The notes: a model not told the origin generated them from the letters alone. DNA of 63,080 nucleotides, filler included, from Octopus bimaculoides (GCF_001194135.2; 8 parts of 7 records of this genome joined end to end with filler, not necessarily neighbours in it), one strand, 5' to 3'. Counted from the whole stretch's first letter, positions 38,508 through 53,336 are shown. Numbers and translations are program-made.

Positions 38508-39891
38508 TATGTACATACATACACTCGCACAAAAAAATAGATACATTCTTGTATTTGTGCTGTGTATAGTGTTGTATTTACATCCACTTGCACACGCGCT
38601 CGTGCGCCTGCAACGCAAGCACACAGACATCAAATCTGCGGCGACTTTCGCATATTTTAACATCTTACGTCTTACTGTAAATATATATGGTCAAATGCTT
38701 GTCATTTCTCTTAAAAGTGTCAGTAATACGATATTGATCGTGTTTATTGACTGCAGGTTGTGGAGAAAATCTGAGACGTGACACTCTTGGTACAGACGTG
38801 CACATTAGTGGCATAAATTAAATCAAAGACCAGCAGAAGGGAATCGAAACCAAATGTTCTCACTATTCATTATTGGAAACCAAATGGAATCATTAGTCAA
38901 ATTCCTGTCTAATGGTCAATTAATTTAGAATTTTAAATTGCATCCGACCAAATTTAGGTTTGGTAGATGGTCGACAATCGACCACAGTTAAAGCACGTTT
39001 TGACCCTAAAAGGAACTGAAATCTTCTTGATGAAGTCTTAGTATTAAATGATTGATTACTCCGATTTCAAATACCTCATTAGAGACCTTAAAATAATAAT
39101 ATATTTCTCATTATTAAAGTGTGATACGTCCCTGTATAAGAAGAAACGCAACGCTTTTCTTTCCATCTCAGTTAATTAAAGTTTATTGTTAATCAATCTT
39201 CGAGAATTAACATTTCCCTTTATTAACATTTCCGGATTATTGTGTCACTATCTTCACTACCATTTTCCTATTTCCTAAACTAAAAGTCATTCATTAATAC
39301 GAGACAATCTCTTTAATTACTGATGTTTAAATAATTCTGCTCTTCGTAAATAAGATTAGCTGTTCAAGCAAAATCATTTCTTTTCCAGAATCTAAACTTC
39401 CCTCGTCTTTCTTTTTTTCGTTTTCTGGTATTCCGTGATGTTTTCAGTCAAGATGCGTTATTTTTATATGTTATGTGCATGTTGTGTGTATGGGGTCTAT
39501 GTCTCTGTGTTTGTTCTCCACCACCACTTGACAACCGGTGTTGGTTTGTTTACGTACATGTTAAAGATTTCCTAGGGAGAAAACCAACCACTTCACAGAT
39601 AAACAGCATCGATTCCAAGAATCGAAGCTGTTGTCTTAGAAGTGCTGTCGTATGCAGAAAATGTCATTCCAACTCTGACCAATAAGACTAACTTGTATGT
39701 AAATATCCATTATAAATTTAAAAAACGCACTTGCTGATGCGAGACGAATCTATTAGACACGTGGTGAGGGACAGCTATCGCGGAGTAGCTTAAACAATTC
39801 TTCATGTATACGAGATCCTGGTTTCAATCACGCTGCGTGTTGTTCTAAAGCTCCAAATCAATCCAAACCTATGACAGGATTGTTGTAGACC

Positions 39892-40281
39892 GTTGTTGTT
39901 GGCACTCCGTCGCTTACGACGACGAGAGTTCCAGTTGATCCGATCAACGGAACAGCCTGCTCATGAAATTAACGTGCAAGTGGTTGAGCACTCCACAGAC
40001 ACGTGAACCCTTAACGTAGTTCTCGGGGATATTCAGCGTGACACAGAATGTGACAAGGCTGACCCTTTGAATTACAGGTACAACAGAAACATGAAGTAAG
40101 AGTAAGAGAAAGTTGTGGTGAAAGAGTACAGCACGGTTCACCACCATCCCCTGCTGGAGCCTCGTGGAGCTTTTAGGTGTTTTCGCTCAATAAACACTCA
40201 AAACGCCCGGTCTGGGAATCGAAACCGCGATCCTATGGCCGCGAGTCCACTGCCCTAACCACTGGTCTATTGCGCCTCCAC
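39892..40281 (-). mobile_element. Full-length tRNA-derived SINE, family B, with target-site duplication
   Basis: Homologous to 12869-13252; direct repeat tgttgtagacc at 39881-39891 and 40282-40292. Confidence 0.92.
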
Positions 40282-41060
40282 TGTTGTAGACCGAACCTGT
40301 ATGAAGACTCAATGGATGATTTGTGCTTGTAATTCAAAGGGAGAACCTCGTGTTGAGTTTACTTCAATTACAAGGATACAAGCATATGTATGTTCAGCTA
40401 CTTGTATGATACAAGCATCTGTATGTTCATCTAATGTTCAGCTACTAACACGCTCGAACGACTAGAATAGTCATTGTAGAAACTGACGGAGAATCTGCTT
40501 TATTTTTAATATTAGTCACCTATCAGACATTCAAAAACATATTAATAGACAACACATATGTAAACAGCACGCAATGAGGTATAGACACAGACATACAAAG
40601 ACAAATATATGTGTGTGAGTGTGATTCTGTGTGTACGTGTGAGTGTGTTGTAATATATGTGCAGACACAAGCGCAACACTACCGCGCGCGTGTATATGCA
40701 TATATGTAGACACAGTATGCTTACGCTAGACATTCATACACGCGCACACCTACCCATATGTGTTCATGAAGAAATCTGCATATACAATAAGAGAGTTCGA
40801 TAACTTAATTTGCCGCGAGGTGTACAGAAACGTCGTTTGAGAGAGAGTGTCTATACTTCTGATGGCAAACGAACCTATCCAACTCCTCTATTGACTGATA
40901 GTTTCCGTTGTTTATCAATAGTTTGTATTAAATACAGTCTTTCAGAGACACATATAAATACCGACTTTCATACGAACATATAAATACACATACTATATAT
41001 GTGAGTGTGTGTAGACAATCATAATATACAAGCATCCATGCATACAAGATATATATACAT

Positions 41061-41107
<47 letters not shown>

Positions 41108-41515
41108 NNNNNNNNNNNNNNNNNNNNNNNNNNNNNNNNNNNNNNNNNNNNNNNNNNNNNNNNNNNNNNNNNNNNNNNNNNNNNNNNNNNNNNNNNNNNN
41201 NNNNNNNNNNNNNNNNNNNNNNNNNNNNNNNNNNNNNNNNNNNNNNNNNNNNNNNNNNNNNNNNNNNNNNNNNNNNNNNNNNNNNNNNNNNNNNNNNNNN
41301 NNNNNNNNNNNNNNNNNNNNNNNNNNNNNNNNNNNNNNNNNNNNNNNNNNNNNNNNNNNNNNNNNNNNNNNNNNNNNNNNNNNNNNNNNNNNNNNNNNNN
41401 NNNNNNNNNNNNNNNNNNNNNNNNNNNNNNNNNNNNNNNNNNNNNNNNNNNNNNNNNNNNNNNNNNNNNNNNNNNNNNNNNNNNNNNNNNNNNNNNNNNN
41501 NNNNNNNNNNNNNNN

Positions 41516-41553
<38 letters not shown>

Positions 41554-43181
41554 ATAAGAGTGAAAAAACTACAGAAGGCTTGTGTTACATGGTTAAAGTA
41601 TATATTTAAATTATGTCAGAAAAATGTTAGAAAAATGTTATAAAATCATTTTGGTATATAAACATTGTATTTTGAGAAATAACCGGTTTCGTGTTGTCTT
41701 TTCAAATATACATACGTACATACATACATACAAACATACGTACAAGCCTACACATAATCCTAAAGAGACACATTTAAGAAGCTACGGAGAAATGGCTGCA
41801 TAATTACGTATAATATGAATGAGTACTAGTGGAATAGCTCTGTTAATAATTCAATTGCATGTAAGATTAACAGACCAGACATAATGATCTGGGAAGGGAA
41901 AAAACAAACTGTACACAGAAGTGAAAATCTGTAGCCCAGCAGATGTCAGCATAAAGTTAAACATTAGTGAGAAAGAAAACACCTATATCCAGCTCATGAG
42001 AAGTGCACAGTTACTTTACTCCATCTGGAAAATAGAATTAGATTTCTATATATTATTATTGGAAAACTTGGTTACATGACTAACTGTGTCCGTATTAACC
42101 TTGGGTAGTTGGACTTAATAAAACCAATAAGTACACGCCTAATTAAAAGATTACTGGTATCAAGCTATGAAAAGCATTTTCAAAATATATAAAACATTGA
42201 GAACGTTTAGTATGTATTAAGATCTATAGGTTCAGGGATAACTGCAAGTGCTAACACATATGAATAGGCATCCATGTAAACATATATACATAGACAGATA
42301 CATATATATGGATATACCACATACATATATACATATATATGTATATATATATGAATACATATATACATATATATGTATATATATATGAATACATATATAT
42401 ATATATATANNNNNNNNNNNNNNNNNNNNNNNNNNNNNNNNNNNNNNNNNNNNNNNNNNNNNNNNNNNNNNNNNNNNNNNNNNNNNNNNNNNNNNNNNNN
42501 NNNNNNNNNNNNNNNNNNNNNNNNNNNNNNNNNNNNNNNNNNNNNNNNNNNNNNNNNNNNNNNNNNNNNNNNNNNNNNNNNNNNNNNNNNNNNNNNNNNN
42601 NNNNNNNNNNNNNNNNNNNNNNNNNNNNNNNNNNNNNNNNNNNNNNNTATATATATTGATAAACATATATATAATAAATTAGAAAAGCTACACCAAGGGA
42701 GGATGAAGGCAGCTAAGTCCGTTCCTGCTAACACGATTGAGCCCCTTTCATCTTCTCTTGGCGTACTTCTAATTTACTAAAGGCACTCTAATGTTTTTCT
42801 AATACTACCGTTCTACTATGATAGCAGAGGCTTACGTTTACTTCTGATATTGACTTACTTTTCTACTTACTGTTCTACTGTATGGGCTTCACTTACTATG
42901 TACATATATTTATATATATATATGTGTGTGTATGCGTGTGTTTAAGACAAAAGCGATTTGAAAATCCAGGCACCTACCAATATAGTAATCTGGTTTAAAC
43001 GAATTTGGTTCCCTATATCCAACAACCAAATGCCAATAAAGGTAAGTAGAATACACATCTAAGGTAATTCCTCATGAATGACAAATAGATCCAAATATTG
43101 TTTGGAAGAATTTCGAGAAATTCAGAGTATTTGACAACAAAAAATAAGACGTTTAGAGAAAACCACCTTATAAAGCTATAT

Positions 43182-43277
<96 letters not shown>

Positions 43278-43559
43278 NNNNNNNNNNNNNNNNNNNNNNN
43301 NNNNNNNNNNNNNNNNNNNNNTTAATTAATTAANNNNNNNNNNNNNNNNNNNNNNNNNNNNNNNNNNNNNNNNNNNNACTCACATACAGATAATCCACCA
43401 AAATTTATGGTAAAATAAAGACATTCATTTTCATTTATAAAATAACAACGATCTAAAATTTAATTTCTACATTTTACATTGAAATTCAATAATGGTTTCA
43501 AAACCTTTCGCTGATTAAAAATATCGGTTCTGGTAGAGAGAACAGAGAGACTCCCTGAT

Positions 43560-43900
43560 TTTGCTAAATAACTTTCCTGATTTATTAATGGTCAATGTAA
43601 AGGTAGTTATTAATGGAAATTGCCTGTAGCTCATATTGAATCCAGTCACTCTAAAATATTCCTGGAAATAAAACCATGCACCTCTTTATCACTTCCTATA
43701 TTGATTCTTGCTTCAACAGAGTTTGGCTGTAGGTATTTTTACTACATTTTTATACAAATCTGCAAACCATTTTTGATGTGAGGATTTCAACTTCCTCAGT
43801 TTTGCATAATAAAGGCACCACATTTTACTTTATGTCAATAAAATGGTATTCCAGATAGACATTGTTTATTCACTAATTCTATCGGAATTTCAAATAAGAT
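43560..43900 (-). mobile_element. Helitron/PIF1-type helicase C-terminal fossil
   Basis: The frameshifted translation LSGIP..KVKCGA.IM..VEARINIG..FISR..YRQFPLITTFTLTINKSG matches Helitron RepHel (RRQFPL..AFAMTINKSQGQ). Confidence 0.55.
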
Positions 43901-45471
43901 TTGTGTCACTGTATCATCATATAAATGACTAAATTAACATTCCAAATATACTTCTTACAATTAATTAATGAATTACATTATCATAGATTCAATTTCAGAC
44001 TTTGGATTATTTCTTCAATACATTGGTGGAATTAATTTTTTTTCCTATTCAGTAAGAAACATCAACAATAATTCCTAGTTTTCTAAATGTAAGTCACATG
44101 TACTTTTTTCTTTGTTACCTTTCCTTCAAAATGTTATATATGATCCATGAGAGAGCCTCAACTTGACCTGTAAGAAATACCAGTGAAGTCTCCCTCAAAA
44201 CCACTGTATCATCTTAACTCATTTGTTACCATATTTCTGTTAAGATGAACTGTCTTTGTTTCAATAAATTTTGAAAATTATGAAGAACTTAATAAAATAG
44301 CATTGTTATTAATAAGCTGTGTTTGGAATATAAATTACTATAGATCACTTTAAAGCAGAAAGTTTGTATCCTAAACAAGGGGTAATTTCAGGCTCGTTGA
44401 TTAAGGTTAAGTAAAGTAAACATTTGAAAATATAGCCCTAAATGCTTCTAAAAAGAGGAGATAGTCATGCCTGGAATGCTTTTGATCATGTGACTGCATG
44501 ATCAGGATTCACCTGAGGCTGGACAAAATGACAACTGCCAATATTCATATTTTAAAATATAGACAGTAGATTATCAAAATCATCATCATCATCATCATCA
44601 TCACCACTGCCACCACCACAGCTGCTCCCACTGCCACCACCACCGCTGCCACCACCACTACCATCATCATTTAATGTCCATTTTCTATGCTGGCATGGGC
44701 TGGATGGTTTGACAAGAGCTGGCAAGCTTGATGACTGTGCCAAGCTCTATTATTTGTTTTGGCATGGTTTCTATAGCTGGATGCTCTTCTTATAGCTAAT
44801 CATTACAATATTGGATAAAGTACTTTGCAGTAGTAAATTACAGCACTTAATATTCTGAGTTCAAATTCCACCGTAGTCAACTTTGTTTTTAATCCTTCTG
44901 TGACTGATAAAATAAAGTACCAGTCAAGTACTCCAATTAATTTAGTTGATTATACATTCCCACAAAATGTGTGGCCCTCTACCAAAGTTAGAAATCATGG
45001 CTATGTGGTAAAGAAGTTTGCTTTCCAACCACATAGTTTTGGGTTCATTCTCACTGTGTGGCACCATGGGCAAGTGTGGTAAGTAGCTTGCTTACCAACC
45101 ACATGGTTCCGTGTTCATTCCCACTGTGTGGCACCTTGGGCAAGTGTCTTCTACTATAGCCTCGGGCCAACCAAAGCCTTGTGAGTGGATTTGACAGATG
45201 GAAACTGAAAGAAGCCCATTATATATGTGTGTGTATTTGTATGTGTCTACTTGTCTTGACATCACATGATAGTTGTAAGCAAGCATCACCATCATGCTTG
45301 TCGTGTCATTTATTTCCAGCAAAACATTTCTTGCCGAGAGGAAACATCTTACTTAGAAACAGATGAGGGCTGGCATCTGACCATTGAAAATCTACTGCAA
45401 CAAATTCAATCTGATCTATGCAAGCATGGAAAAGCGAACATTAAAACAATGATGGTGATGAAGACAGCATA

Positions 45472-45579
45472 TATAGGAAAGATAACAATATTAGCTAGGA
45501 CATGTAATGTAAGTGAATGATTTATTCATGACATAAATGTATACTTCAGGTATATGGCTGACAATAAATGAGTTGTTAT

Positions 45580-45669
<90 letters not shown>

Positions 45670-47025
45670 TACTTTGTGTCGATATCAAATCTTTACCCAA
45701 GGCTGCCAAAAGAAACACATACCTAGACTAATAAGGCAAAGCTCTGAGATATATTGAAAATATAAGCTAAAGCTTGAGAATGATCCATTTTCAAAGCAAA
45801 TGTGAAATTGTCTTGCTGTTAAAGGTATTAAGCAATTCTTACAATAAATAATTACATTAGCTAGGACATCCAATGTAAATGGATACTGCATTGCTGATGT
45901 AAACAGGGAAAAATTACAGTGGATTGTTGATGAAAAGTTTTCAAGGTGGAAACAAATAAAGGGAATCCTTGGATGAAGTAGATAGAGCAGACTTTGGAAT
46001 GTTGGGCCTTACAGAGGATGTAATTTAAGATCAAGATGCATGGAGAGATTATATAACATAGGCTTATTCAATCTTGTATTGAAGGTGGGTTTTCTTGATA
46101 CATGTGGTGTACTTTTCTGGGTGTTGTTGAATCATCTATATAATTTGTTTTATGGTATAGTCAGAGTATTAAGGGCAATGCTGATGAATTTTTTGGAGGA
46201 TTTTTTTCTTTCATCATCATAATTTAATGACTGCTTTCCATGCCAGCCATGGGTTTGATGGTTTGACAGGAGCTGGTAAGATTTAACATTGCCATCTGGT
46301 CTATGGGAGCCTTTAACAGTGTCCATTAAATTGCAAGTGTTTCAGTCAACACACTGGTTTGAAAATAGCATGCTCTCCCTTTTTCCAGAACTCCTAAAAA
46401 TAGTCATCAGTACTAGCTTTCATCTTCTGACTAAGCCATAAAACAAATTATACAGATGATTCAACAACCCCCAGAATAGTTCACCACATATATCAAGAAA
46501 ACCCACCTTCAATACAAGATTGAATAAGCCTATGTTATATAATCTCTCCATGCATCTTGATCTTAAATTACATCCTCTGTAAGGCCCAACATTCCAGTCT
46601 ACTCTATTTACTTCATCCAAGGATTTCCTTCATTTGTTTCCACCTTGAAAACTTTTCATCAACAATCCACTGTAATTTTTCCCTGTTTACATCAGCAATG
46701 CAGTATCCATTTACATTGGATGTCCTAGCTAATGTAATTATTTATTGTAAGAATTGCTTAATACCTTTAATGGCAAGACAATTTCACATTTGCTTTGAAA
46801 ATGGATCATTCTCAAACATTAGCTTATATTATTAATATAACTCACAGCTTTGCCTTATTAGTTGAGGTATGGATCTATTTTGGCAAACTTGGCAAAAGAT
46901 TTGATATAAATACAAATAATAACTCATTTGCCATCAGCCATACTCCTAAATTATACATTTATATCATAAATGAATCATTAATTTACATTACATGTCCTAG
47001 CTAATATTGCTGTTTATCCTGTATA
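45472..47025. repeat. Local inverted duplication: arms 45472-46165 and 46426-47025, spacer about 260 bp
   Basis: The arms are reverse complements with only scattered substitutions in the core. Arm 1 alone carries a (CTA)n expansion at about 45580-45675. The arms include an old RTE C-terminal remnant (DEVDRADFGMLGLTED..DQDAWR). Confidence 0.9.
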
Positions 47026-47594
47026 CATTGTCCAATACCATCGATGCCTTGACATTTTTGCAACTCACTTTGCTTTCACCTTTCCTTTTAAATCAATATT
47101 GCATGAACCAATGAGAGGGCAGTTACTAAGACTGCTAGAAACAGCAGTTGAATCTTCCTCAAATCACATCACACTGTATTAAATAAAAGAAAGTAGTCCT
47201 CAATATACACAAAGATGGAATGGTCATAGCTATAATAGCTTTAATCAAAGGTCTACTCAATCAAGGGTGATCTCCAATAAACAACAATAACAACATCAAC
47301 ATTACTCATCCTCTGGATCATGCACAACTCATTATTCTTCAACCTCTGTAGATCCAATGAATTCAGAGGCCATTTCTCACTGCCTTATAATATTCTTCCA
47401 CATGCTTCATAAATTTAGGAGATAATAGAATATATCTCTCCCTACTAAACTATCTGAGCTGACCATAGCCTTCAGTTAGTGGCTGATCATATGACTAGCT
47501 TCTGTAGAGCACCTAGAACTTTGATGTCTTTGAAATGAATTATATTGCCTGATTGGAGTGCTTCTACCAGCACTGCTTCTGTAGCATTCTCAAG

Positions 47595-47641
<47 letters not shown>

Positions 47642-47642
47642 C

Positions 47643-47674
<32 letters not shown>

Positions 47675-48394
47675 CAGCAGCAGCAGCTGTAATGGGAAGA
47701 ATGCTAAATTGTTGAGTCTAGAAAATATTTTTCTCAACTGATCAGCATATCTTTCAACAACCTGATAAATCTATCTTATTTAACGAAATTTTCTTTCATT
47801 TTCTGGTTTTAAGTTATGATTTCTACATTGAAATCTAGTCCCTGTGTAACATGGATAAATCTCTAGTTTTAGGAAAACTATTGAAGACAATTTGTGAAAA
47901 TCAATGAAATGTATTATCAACAGATAATACAGAAATTAATCAAGAATCTAATCTTGAAGGTTTTGCATAGTAGGGTAGAACTGTACATGTAGAATTTCTA
48001 AGCCTTGTTTATTCACAGAACTGGATTTAAAATTTTCTGGCGATGAAAGTAATTCTTGTCTTGAGTGCTTTGGTTTGTGGTAAATGAAAGTATGGTGCCA
48101 AATAAACTAAATTGCCATTTTACCTCCAAACACAATGATTTGTCAGGAAAGCCATTAAAATACTTCATGAAACTTTCAAAATCCATTAAGAAGCAATCAC
48201 CATTATTTACCAAGAAAATGAAAATATCAGATAAATCTCAAGTGGCAAGTTACTTGCTTGCTCAGATAATAGCCAAAAACAAAGAGCTACATACAATTTC
48301 AGAAACTACCAACATAGAATCGTGTTGTGCAATAGTTCAAATGGTGTTTGGGACTGAATTTAAGTCCCAAATTAATAAACAAAGATTCTACTAT

Positions 48395-48789
48395 ATTGTG
48401 GGAGGGTCATTATGCCAGTAATAAATATATGCACTGGTTCTATTTCACTTCTTTATTTTTATTATTCAATTGGTTAACCATATAACCAATTAACTGATTG
48501 ATTGTTTGATTTTTTTTATTTATTAGCTATATTTGTTAAAATCCTCTTGTCACCGTTTGTGACATCATCAATGATATGCACCCTCTACCCAAGGTCTGCT
48601 TTAAGAATGAATGGTGATGAACAGACTTTGATAAACCTAGCTGATTGATTGAGTGGTTGATTGATGAAAAGATTAATCAAAAAATTGATCAGTTAACTGG
48701 TTAAATGGTTAACCAACTGATTAATTAAAGTAAGAATTTAAATAAAACCAGTGCATGTGTGTTTATTGGCATAATGATCCGCCCAAAAT
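48395..48789. mobile_element. MITE with about 105-bp terminal inverted repeats inserted in the hAT fossil
   Basis: attgtgggagggtcattatgccagtaataaatatatgcactgg...ggttaaccatataacc versus the reverse complement attttgggcggatcattatgccaataaacacacatgcactgg...ggttaaccatttaacc. Confidence 0.8.
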
Positions 48790-49704
48790 GCGACAAAATA
48801 TGTTTTAACACACGAGTTTACATCAAGAATCTTGCAAACTGAATACAAAATCAGAAAAAGATTCTTTTAGCAGACAACACAAATGGTAAATGAATTGAAG
48901 ATATATCTGAAGATATTAAATTCAAATGAAAGATATTTTTGCAAATGCTTGCATTGTAACAACAATATGAGTCAACAGATGTAAGTGGGTTAATGGAATT
49001 ATTAATTTTCATATGTTTTGTTCAGAATGACAGAATTATAAATTGCTTCTTAATCATGAGGCCTCAGGTTCAGTTCCACTGTGCAGCATCTTGGGCAAGT
49101 GTCTTCTACTACAGCCTCAAGCCGACCAAAGCCTTGCAAGTAGAGAAGTGAATTTGGTAGAGGGAAACTGAATGAAGCCCATGATGTGTATGTGTGTTTG
49201 TGTGTACTCTTGTCTTGACATCATATGAAAGTTGTAAATAAGTGTTACCTTCATACCAGTGATGTTGTTCATTTCCACTCTTCAATAAAAAAAAATCATG
49301 GGGAAATATTACCAGATTTTGAAATAGATAAAGGTCAGCAAAACAAAGGGTATCCAAGTGTAAAAAAAATGTGCTTCAGCAAATTGTCTGACCCATGCAA
49401 GCATGGAAAAGTGGATGCTAAATCATGGTGATAAGGATGATGAGCTCATGCTGCCAAAAAGATACTATAAAAACTATAAATGAAGATATGTCTAAAATTT
49501 GAGAAAGCTTTTCTGAAGGAAAACAATTTCCTCCTCCTCCTCCTNNNNNNNNNNNNNNNNNNNNNNNNNNNNNNNNNNNNNNNNNNNNNNNNNNNNNNNN
49601 NNNNNNNNNNNNNNNNNNNNNNNNNNNNNNNNNNNNNNNNNNNNNNNNNNNNNNNNNNNNNNNNNNNNNNNNNNNNNNNNNNNNNNNNNNNNNNNNNNNN
49701 NNNN

Positions 49705-49719
<15 letters not shown>

Positions 49720-49790
<71 letters not shown>

Positions 49791-50720
49791 TTTAAAATCC
49801 GTTTTCCATGCTGGCATGGGTTGGACAGTTTGACAGGAGCTGCACCAGGTTCCACAGTCTGTTTTGATTTGGTTTCTACAGCTAAATGCCCTTCCTAACA
49901 CCAGTCACTTTAAAGAGTGTACTGGGTATTTCTTACATGGTGCCAGCACCAGTGCTTTTTATGTGGTACCAGCACCAGTGCTTTTTATGTGGTACTAGCA
50001 CTGATAGGGACACTGAGTACCCTCAACTGGGAGGGGGCAGTAGTATTGAGGGTGTGTGACTTTGTGCTAGCTGAGAGATTAAAGATATAGAGAGACAGAG
50101 ATAGGCTGCAGAGTAGACATATGTTGGAAAAGAATAGCGTGCAAGTTAGAGAATGAAATAAAGAGAGCAATAGTGAGAGAGAGAGAGAGAGAAATGATGG
50201 CGAAGATGTGTTGGAATATGCCCATGAGGGACATTGGAGGTGGTGAGAATAGGTGAGGTGATACAGAGGTTTGGACTGGGAGAGTGGGCAATGACTGAGG
50301 TAACTAAAGCAAATGATGGTGAAATAGACAAGGGAGGCTTGGGGTGTGGGGAATTTATAGAAATGGTCAGTCCGACAAGTGGAGCACATGCAGATATAAA
50401 TGACGCTGTTACATTAAACAAAACTAGTCTTAGCTTAATGGGTGTCTAATCATACACCCATTTCTCTGTAAGAAGAATACCCATACTGCCTAATCCATCA
50501 TTGCTGCCCACCAAGAAAAATTTGTATCTATGTTCCTTACCCACAAGCAGTCTAATGTGCAGATGTGTGTATACAGCACACATCTATAGGACTCTGTTGA
50601 AGCATTTCAACCATCTTGCCAGATCTACCTTTAATTGTGTCAACATTGATTGTTGCAGCTCTGGGCTTGTGACCCTGGGAAGCCTGGGAGGGTACTGTGG
50701 GGATGTTTTCAGTAACTAGA
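49720..50720 (-). mobile_element. RTE LINE remnants: 3' tail (49720-49990) and endonuclease N-terminus (50440-50720)
   Basis: A (CAT)n tail plus tttccatgctggcatgggttggac; RAATINVDTIKGRSGKMVEML..DVCCI..YKFF.VG..DGLG..GILL.EKW. Further RTE tail copies occur at about 11800-11922, 44650-44800, 46210-46290, 51420-51620, 52420-52605 and 52880-52960. Confidence 0.65.
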
Positions 50721-53285
50721 AAGAAGATCTTTCCGATCACTTGTCTGGAGGCAGCAGGTTCATGTACTTAGTGTAAGCACACATTGGTTGCAGCATGAAT
50801 TACAATTTGTAGGAGATAAATTGCATAGCACTATGTACAGCTAGTGCACCATCAATGACTGGTTTATCAAAAAGCTTTAAAACTTTGGCAAAAAAAAAAA
50901 GGACGTACATATTCTAACTACTCATTGCTTTTTATGTCATGAAGCTTGAGTTGTGCCAACAACTGGGAGTGAAGCAAAATTAGTTTTGGAACAAGTCGGT
51001 AAAATGATCAATTATATTTAAAGTGGACCTCTTAAATTAAGATTATTTGCTCAGCTTTTTTAAGAGATGGGAGCAAGGTTTTATGACCTTATTTCACATA
51101 CTAAAGGTCATTGGCTCTCAAGAGGTCAAGTGCTTTGTTGTGTATATGGATCTTGACAATAATGTTCAAACTTTTTTTCAAGAGAATCAAACAGTATTTC
51201 ATGATTTTATCCAAAATGAGCCTTAATGCACAAAATTGGTATATCTTTCTAACATGGGGGAGCCCATGTGTGTGTGTGTGTGTGTGTGTGTGCATGCGTA
51301 TGCATGCATGTGTGTGTTTGTGTATTTCTATTTGTGTTTGTCACCCCACTTTCTACTGCTTGACATCTGGTGTTGGTTTCTTTACATCCCTGTCACTTAT
51401 TGGGTTAGCAAAAGAGACTTAAAATCATCGTCATCATCATTATAATCATTATTATCATCAATTAGTGTCCATTTTTCATGCTAGCATGGGTAAGACAGTT
51501 TGACTGGGGTTGATAAGCTGAAGAGCTGCACAAGGTCCCAGTCTGTTTTGGTTTCTACAGCTTGGTTTCTGGCTTGGGTTCTACAGATGGATGCCCTTCC
51601 TAATGTCAACCACTCCACAGATTTTTAAATAAAATAAATACTAAAATGCAATGGAAGGGAGAAAGTATCTTAATGTCGTTTGATAAAATTTGCATGGTGA
51701 GAGATAAAATAACAATTTGGAAAAGAAAGCTTAAAGAAGAAAATTTTTCAAGTGTTATCCAGAACTGATGAATGCAACTTAAAATGTGATATTAGTTTTT
51801 AAATCTTTCATTGTTTAACATAACTTGAAGAGAGAATACATAATTACTTTACAGATATCAAAATAAAAGAAGATGAGTGGATCAGAAAGCCATTTGTTTC
51901 AGCTGCATCAAACAACTTTTCACTGATTAAAGAAGAATTGGTTGAAATAAAAAACATAATTAGAGTTTATAAATGATATATAAAGAGGATAAATTAGTTT
52001 CTGGATTTATGTTTCAGAAAAGAATTCCAAAATAGCTAAAGAGGTATTAAAATTACTTTTATGGTTTTCTATTACATACATTTAAATGTAATTTTAACTC
52101 TGACATGTAAAAAGAACACACTGAAGTACAGGAGTTAAAAATTCTAAATGACGAAATGCTAGCGTCTTGAATCTCTTCTACTATAACCCTGGGCTGATCA
52201 AAGCTTTGCGAGTAAATCTGGTAGATGGAAACAATGGGGAAGCCCATTGTATGTGTGTGTGTGTGTTTCTATTTGTGTTTGTCACCCCACCTTCTACTGC
52301 TTGACATTTGGTGTTGGTTTGTTTACATCCCTGTCACTTATTGGGTCAGCAAAAGAGACTTCAATTGAAATTTATATAACATAACTATGATGTATTGTTA
52401 ATTATTCATATCTAGTATATCTACAGCTGGATGCCCTTCCTAACTTGGTGTGGTGGCATTAGGAAGGGCATCCAGCCATAGAAACCGTGCCAAATCAGAC
52501 TGGAACCTGGTGCAGCTCTCTGGCTTGACAGTTCCAGTCAAATCATCTCACCCATGCCAGCATGAAAAGCAGACATTAAATGATGATGATGATGATGATG
52601 ATGAGTATAATTGTGACATCAAAATGATGGTGTATAAGGATTTGATATTTCACATTTTGGCACAAGGTCAGTAAATTTAAGGAAGGGAGTAAGCCAATTC
52701 TATTGACTCCAATGCTCAGCTGCTACTTATTTTATTGACTCCAATGCTCAGCTGGTACTTATTTTATTGACTCCCAAAATGATGAAAGTCAAAGTCAACC
52801 TTGCCAGATTTTATCAAGTAATATGTTGTAAAAACATTTATTTTTAAAATGTATGTCACCAATGCAGACATTTTGGGAAGCTCTGCTCTATGTAAAAGCA
52901 CCCAACCCATGCCAGCATGGAAAGCAGATGTTGAACGATGATGATGATGATGATGATGATATATATACATACATCCATCCATCCATCCATACATACATAT
53001 ATATATATATATATANNNNNNNNNNNNNNNNNNNNNNNNNNNNNNNNNNNNNNNNNNNNTTAATTAATTAANNNNNNNNNNNNNNNNNNNNNNNNNNNNN
53101 NNNNNNNNNNNNNNNATGTAACTACATATGTTTATGAGATCCTACCTACACTAGAATTCCCAACGTTTGAAATATTTCAGCCAACATCTATTCAGCTTTG
53201 AAATCTTATTTATACACACAGACATACATACACCCCATTCCACATCGTTCTCAATTTCTTCATGTATCTCCCTCTTTCTGTCTTG

Positions 53286-53336
<51 letters not shown>

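Larger units (their letters stand above)
48060..52090 (+). mobile_element. Fragmented hAT (Charlie/ZBED5/SCAND3-like) transposase fossil interrupted by younger insertions
   Basis: NESMVPNKLNCHFTSKH..ASYLLAQIIAKNK..HTISE (48065-48390); DNT..RIEDISEDI..ESTDVSG (about 48860-49020); APSMTG..THCF..LF HT..WLSRGQVL (about 50840-51140); EWIRKPF..EELVEI..FWI (about 51640-52085). Confidence 0.75.
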
